Source of the DNA: the human T2T-CHM13v2.0 reference genome, Homo sapiens
Length of the DNA: 64,000 nt
NCBI RefSeq assembly: GCF_009914755.1
Contig: NC_060928.1
Reading direction: 5' to 3' (one strand)
Shown here: in pieces, positions 57,740 to 64,000 of the stretch
Layout of the letters: each line of letters begins with the position of its first letter
Position numbering within the stretch: position 1 is the stretch's first letter
Notes under the pieces: model-generated
What the model saw: the letters and a program-made list of their open reading frames with translations, nothing else
Told to the model about the DNA's origin: nothing
The model's database searches: none
Position numbers and translations under genes: made by a program

Positions 57740-57790
<51 letters not shown>
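57725..57790. repeat. (CT)n(CA)n microsatellite
   Basis: Seen directly; more than 20 uninterrupted CA units. Confidence 0.95.
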
Positions 57791-57794
<4 letters not shown>

Positions 57795-58121
57795 TTGCAG
57801 GATTTTTTAAATACAAATGTAAAAGGGTGGCAAATGAAAAAGTTTAAGTTGTAGCAATAAGATGCAATGCCGATTACACTCTAAAATAGATAAAATTCTA
57901 AAATGAAAAATCATCAAAGGAGGATATAGTAACTGCTTATACTATTCTCAAATGTCCTTACATCAAGAACATAAGTCTGCCAAAGGTTAGAGACATTTTG
58001 GAGAAGACTTCTCTGTAAAAGCTCTTAATGTGTTACGAGTCTTACTGTTACAGCACATCATCCTATCCTACCAAGGAGAGCTGGAGAAGAATTCAGCCTC
58101 ACCTCGACCGAGAGAGGATAA

Positions 58122-58459
<338 letters not shown>

Positions 58460-59661
58460 CATAATATGTATTTTCTATAGGTTGGAGGACTCAGAAGTGT
58501 AGTGACTGATTTTTTCATACCTGGAAAATTTATGCATGATTGACTAAGTGCTTTTATAGCTAATTAAAGGAAAGATTGAGGCTACATTATATGATTTGAA
58601 CTCGCAGTGTTTATGTGGAAATTATATATGTGTCCCATGGACCAGATATAAGCCATTTAGAAGACAGAATATCTCTTGTCTGGGTCAACCTGGTCCCATT
58701 CTGAAGCGCGTAGACATATCTCAGTAGAGAGAATCTGAAGGTCCTGATAGAATGCCAGGGGTTCAGGAAGAAGCTAGCAAACTGGTAGAATAAATATGAA
58801 CTCTGTGTAATGAGAACATCCATAAAAATGTGTGCAATGCTGGGAGGTGGGGGAATGTCATGGTCTCCAGAGAACGCATGAAAGTTGTAAATCTAGGACC
58901 AGGAACAATGAAGGGGTTTTCCTCTTCTGCCTTTCTGTGCTCCAAACCTGAGGGAGCCAGCAATCCCGGTTAGGAAGCTGAGGGAGCAGAAATCATAGTC
59001 ATGGCCTGATAATGAGAGAAAAAGTCAACTATATTTCCCCAGCTGTAGATTTCCCACCTGCAAAAGGCCCAGATTAGAGGAGGGTAGAAGCCTCAATATC
59101 TAACCAGGGCCAGAGTTTGAATTTTCACTAAGGTTAGAGGTTTTTAAAATTGTTGAATTTTAAGAATGTGATCATAAGTCACTCTATTGCTTAAAAATAC
59201 ACAGAAAGGTCATAGGACCTGTCTAAATTTTTTGAAAAGTAAGGAAAAATTAACCCAGCAGAAAAAATTTGAAAGTACTCTGAGATGCAAAAAATATGAT
59301 TATTTTTATTGTACTTTACGAATGTTGCTTATGCAATCTAACATTAACAAAGCTAAAAGTCAAGAATTATAAACTACTAAGAAATACACAGATGAATAAT
59401 TACATTTTATGTCTTTGTAGCATTTTATAATTTTACATGTATTCTCTTATTTGATCCTAAATATTCTGAAGATAAAATAGAAATAATTTTCTTCATTTTA
59501 TAGAAGAATAACCTGAAGATTAAGGGTAATGAGTGACCTATTATATGTGTTGAAGTAGGTTTTAAGTTAGGACCAGAATCCAGATGACTATCTATAAATC
59601 TTACCCAAGGGCACAGCTCCTTAGGTAAGAAGTAGCCTTTGCAATTTTCCTGAAAGCTGTT

Positions 59662-60310
59662 TTCATTAATTCATTCAGTAAAAATTATTGACCTTCTACC
59701 ATGCCTCAGGCATTGATAGGAATTCATTAGGGAAGAAATCAGAGAATCCCACTTCTTGCATAGAACTTTCATTCTAATACAGAAAGGCAGGCAATAAACA
59801 AACAGAACAAATAAAAGGATATGTCAGGTGGCAAACTTTGTGAAAATATAAATATGGCATGTTAAGACAGACAACAAGACAGAGACTATTAGGAACCAGA
59901 GCTGCTGTATGTTATGTAGGCCATACTAGAGCTGGGCTGAGCAGAAGGGCCAGAGGTGGGTGCACTTTCAAAAAGCAAAGAGGCTATTGCAGCTGGAGCA
60001 GTGAGCAAAGAAATGTGCTAGGTAGGAGATGATGCTCTGGCGCAAGGGAGTGCATGGTCTGAGAAGGAGGTCATATAGGGCCTTCTAAGATCTTCCAAAG
60101 ACTTGCAACTATGAACTATTCACCATGAATGCTATGTGAAGCCATTCACGTGCTTTCACCAGAGGGGTGGTTTTGCCTGGCTGGTTTTGATTCTGTTTTT
60201 TAAGATAATTCTAGCTGATATGTAAGAATAGATGCCAGCAAGCCATGGCAGGAGTGAGAAGACTGGTGTGGAGACTACTGTAATAATGGTCCAGCAAGAG
60301 CTAGGGTGGC
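59662..60310 (-). mobile_element. L2 3' fragment
   Basis: ttcattcagtaaaattattgaccttctaccatgcctcaggcatt tail plus a purine-rich body. Confidence 0.6.
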
Positions 60311-60569
60311 AGTCGACATGCAGAGGCATGTTTTCTACTTTTTTAACTTTTTATTCTGCAGGTGGTCCTTCGCTGGTCTCACACTGCATTTCCTTAGGTC
60401 ACATTGGTGCAATCTGTAATAAAAGATGCCTCAATGACAAAATTGTTTGCTACATGGAGGGATTCCTCACTCCCATGTCTGGAAATGAAATCTTGCAGGT
60501 CATTACCAGTTAAGATAACCCTTGACCATCCTTTGTAGTTCACTCTGCCTTTGCACCATCATCCTGTCA

Positions 60570-60792
60570 GCAGATTTCTCTATCACTGAATGCTATTTAT
60601 TTTCTTTATAGCACTCATTATAAATTGTAATTGTACATTTATATATGTATTTATGCAGTTATTGTTCATTTTTCTCACTAGACTCTATGCCTGCAGAAGG
60701 CAGGATCTTTCTCTATTTTATTTCTATTTATGGAATGCCTAGTCTACAATTTGACACAAAGTAGTTAATAAAAATTACATATGAATGAATAG
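60570..60792 (+). mobile_element. L2 3' end
   Basis: cactagactctatgcctgcagaaggcaggatc ... aataaaaattacatatgaatgaat. Confidence 0.6.
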
Positions 60793-60971
60793 AAATAGTT
60801 TGACTTTTACTTTACTTCTAAGGTATCCCAGATCTCTTTCTCTTATCTCTATCTAAATGAAAAAGCTAAGGAAAATATCTGAATGATTTCATTTTTAAAA
60901 AGAAAAATTATTTAATTGAGGAAGAAAGAGAATACCCTCCCCTCATTTTTCAACTACATTGATTATATTTT

Positions 60972-61475
60972 TGTGGTAGTCAGAATAATATCCCCCCCGC
61001 CAAATATATCCATGCCCCAATCCTCCAAACCTATGCATATGTTACATTCCTGAGGAATGTAATGGGGAAAGAGGAATTATATGGGAAAGAGGAATTAAAG
61101 GCTATAATTATCTGGCTTTAAAATGAGGGATTGAGGATTATCTGGGTAAGGCCAGAGTGATAACATGGGACCTAAAAGGGAAAAAGGGGAGACAGAAGGG
61201 AGATCAGAGGGATGTGCCCTAAGAAAGACAGGCCCTGCCATTGCTGAATTTGAAGATGGAGGGATTGGGCCATGAGTGAAGAAATGTGGATGCCTTTACA
61301 AGGTGGCAATACCTCTCAGTTTAAAGCTAGCAAGATAACAAAAACCTCAGAGAACTGCAAGGAACTGAATTCTACCAACAATTGCAATTATCAAAAGATA
61401 AATTTTCCTTTTCATTCCCAAAGAATGTAGCTGTGCAGACACCTTGATTTTAGCCTGGTGAGACACATTTGGGAC
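60972..61475 (+). mobile_element. MLT1D/E-type LTR (partial)
   Basis: tgtggtagtcagaataat...ccc...tttgaagatggaggg...gacaccttgattttagcctggtgagac. Confidence 0.8.
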
Positions 61476-62411
61476 TCACTTAGTATTCATTTAGCTATTT
61501 CACTTTTTATAATGCAGAATCTGCAGATATTATAATGCAAATTAAGATCTTTATGATTAGCATCTTTGAAAAAATACTTTTTTTGTTTTTAAACTTCATA
61601 TATTTTTGTAACTATTTTGAAACATAATAGCTGATGTTATCGGAATATATTTGCACCTGAAAACTGTTTCCTCATATTTTTATCATAATATTAATATTCT
61701 TAAAATCCTGCAGTGGCATTGATAGTAGGCAATAAAATCAAGATTTAAATTTTAAAAATGTTCTAGACACAGTTAAATCTTAATTATGCCATTTGCTTAA
61801 CAAAGCACTTTGTAACACCTTCGGTTACACCAAAGGCACTTCGGGGTTTTATTGTTGTATTATTGTTATTACTTTACACTTTCTGTCCTACAATTATAAC
61901 TGAAAGCTACGAGATTGGATTTCAGGAAATGAGAAAAGTTGAAAAGCAATTTTACTGTAACTTCTCAGAAGAATTACTAGCAGATTTAAGAAAAAAGAAG
62001 TAAATAATCACTACCAAAATTAGGTAATGGTCTCATACTGCATGTGGGTAATTCATGAATTTCATTTCATATCACTTCTCATTTCTACAAGGTTTTAGGT
62101 ACAATATGAAAAATGCTCATAGACACTTAACATTTGCCCGAGTGACAGAGACTATATCTTCTTGTTTCTTTCTTCCATGTACCAGTAGGAACTAAGAAAC
62201 TTTGAAGCATATTCAAAGAATTCTGTTTCTTTGGTAGGAAGGCTGGCTGTGCATAAAGGCTGGCTCCTGCTGCATGGTTAGAATCTTGAGATATAATTTA
62301 GCTTTTCAGAAAAAGACATCATGTACGTGTCACAAAGTCTAGTCTCTGAATTTTTTTTGTTTCTTATTTGCTGAAAAATACCTATTCTACTTCCTGAAGC
62401 AAGTTCATATA

Positions 62412-63985
62412 TTTAAAAATATAACAGCTTTATTGAGTTATAAATCAAATACCATAAAGTTTATGCTTTTAACATGTAAAATTCAGTGCTTTAAATATAT
62501 CCACAAAGTTATTCAACCCTCAGGGCTATCTATTTTAAGGATATTTTCATCACTCTAAGAAGAAACTGTACATCCAATAGTAGTCACCCCCGACTTCCCC
62601 CTTTTCTCAGCCTCTGACAACCATTAATCTACTTTATCTTTCTATGAATTTGCCTATTCTAGACATTTCACATAAAGGGAAACATATGATATGTGATCTT
62701 TGTAACTGGCTTCATTCACTTACTATTATATTTTTAAGATTTACCACTGTTGTAGCTTGAACTGATACTTCTATTCCTTTGCATTGATAAATAATATTCC
62801 ATTGTCTAGGTGTACCATATTTTATTTATCCATTGATTAATTAATAAACATTTCAGTTGTTTCCGCTTTTCCTCCATTATGAATAATGCTGTTATGAACT
62901 TTGTGAGCAAGATTTTATGAGGACATAATTTTTTTCATTTCTGTTGGATATATACATATATATATATATATACCTAGGAATAGAAATGATCCTTCCTTTG
63001 GTAACTCTATGTTTACCACTTTCAGGAACTACCAAGTTAGTTTCCAAAGTGACCATACTGTTTAGTGTCTCCATTGGCAATATACGAGGGTTCAATTTCT
63101 CCACATCTTCACCACCACTTATTTCATGTTATTTGTTATCATTCTTATTATTATTGCTGCTGCTGCTGTTGTTATTATTGCAATCCTAGTGGATGTGAGG
63201 TGATATCTCATTATGTTTTTGATTTGCATAGTTATAATAACTAATAACAAGCATCTTTTCCTGTGCTCGTTGGCCATTTATAGATCTTCTTTGGAGAAAT
63301 GTCCTTTCAAATTTTTCGATCATTTTAAATCGGGTTATTTTTCTATATTTTTAGGTTGTAAATCTTCTTTATATAAATTGGATATAAATCCTTTATCAGA
63401 TCTATGATTTGCAAATATTTTCTGCCCCCCTCTGGGTTTTATTTTCACTTCCTTGATGTTATCATTTCTAGAATAAGAGTTTTATATTTTTTGAATCTAT
63501 ACTTTTTCTGTGCTTAGAACTTTTATTGTATCTAAGAAACCATTACTTAACCCAAGGTCCCAAAACTTTTCTCTTACATTTTCATCTAAGATTTTTAGAG
63601 TTTTAGCTCTTACATTTAGGTCTATGATATATTTTGAGTTAATTTTTGTATGTGATATGATATAGTGGCCCAAGTTTTTTCTTTTGCATGAGACATCCAG
63701 TTTATTCCAGTTCCATTTGTTGAAACATCTATTCTTTCCCTATGGAATGGTCTTGGCCCTTTGTTGAAATACAATTGACTATAAATATGAGTTCTTATTT
63801 CTGAACTCTTAATTCAATTTCATCAGTACATATCTCTGTCCTAATACCAGTCCCCACTATCTTGATACCTGCAACTTGTGGCAATTTTGAAATCATAATG
63901 TGTGAGTCCTCCAGTTTTGCTCTTTTTCAGGATCATGTTGACTCTTCTGAGTCTCTTGCATTTCCATGTGAACTTTATGATCGTC
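62412..63985 (-). mobile_element. L1MB-like 3' end extending into ORF2
   Basis: aacagctttattgagttataa...ctgacaaccattaatctacttt...ttctagacatttcacataaa...ttggccatttatagatcttctttggagaaatgtc. Confidence 0.88.
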
Positions 63986-64000
63986 TGTACGATAAGCAGT

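Noticed and set aside
61062-61098. Short tandem duplication GGGAAAGAGGAATTA x2
   Set aside because: An ordinary slippage duplication inside an MLT1 LTR.
62944-63189. ORF with a poly-Leu, signal-like tail
   Set aside because: It comes from a TTA/CTG/TTG triplet run inside antisense L1MB.

Overview
This is AT-rich, repeat-dense primate (most likely human) genomic DNA, not prokaryotic sequence. The whole window lies inside GRID2 (glutamate receptor delta-2, GluD2) on the + strand. Three coding exons with canonical AG/GT boundaries (4426-4599, 12302-12463, 26059-26178; 174, 162 and 120 nt, all phase 0; probably exons 6-8) splice into one open frame from the amino-terminal domain. Everything else is intron: Alus, L1s of several ages, L2/MIR/CR1 relics, MaLR/ERVL LTRs (including one LTR-int-LTR provirus), DNA transposons and microsatellites. 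Nearly all ORF-track entries are repeat-derived or chance ORFs. I see no evidence of a new protein-coding system. The best leads are: a young 127-bp L1 with no target-site duplication (TSD) joining the two ends of an older L1 (candidate insertion-mediated deletion); a degenerate 5S-rRNA-derived, AmnSINE1-like head; a 245-bp near-perfect tandem duplication carrying a 16-bp hairpin; a 130-bp dispersed local duplication; two twin-primed 5'-inverted L1s; and several AT-rich palindromes. Repeat subfamily calls come from recalled consensus features, not from a search.
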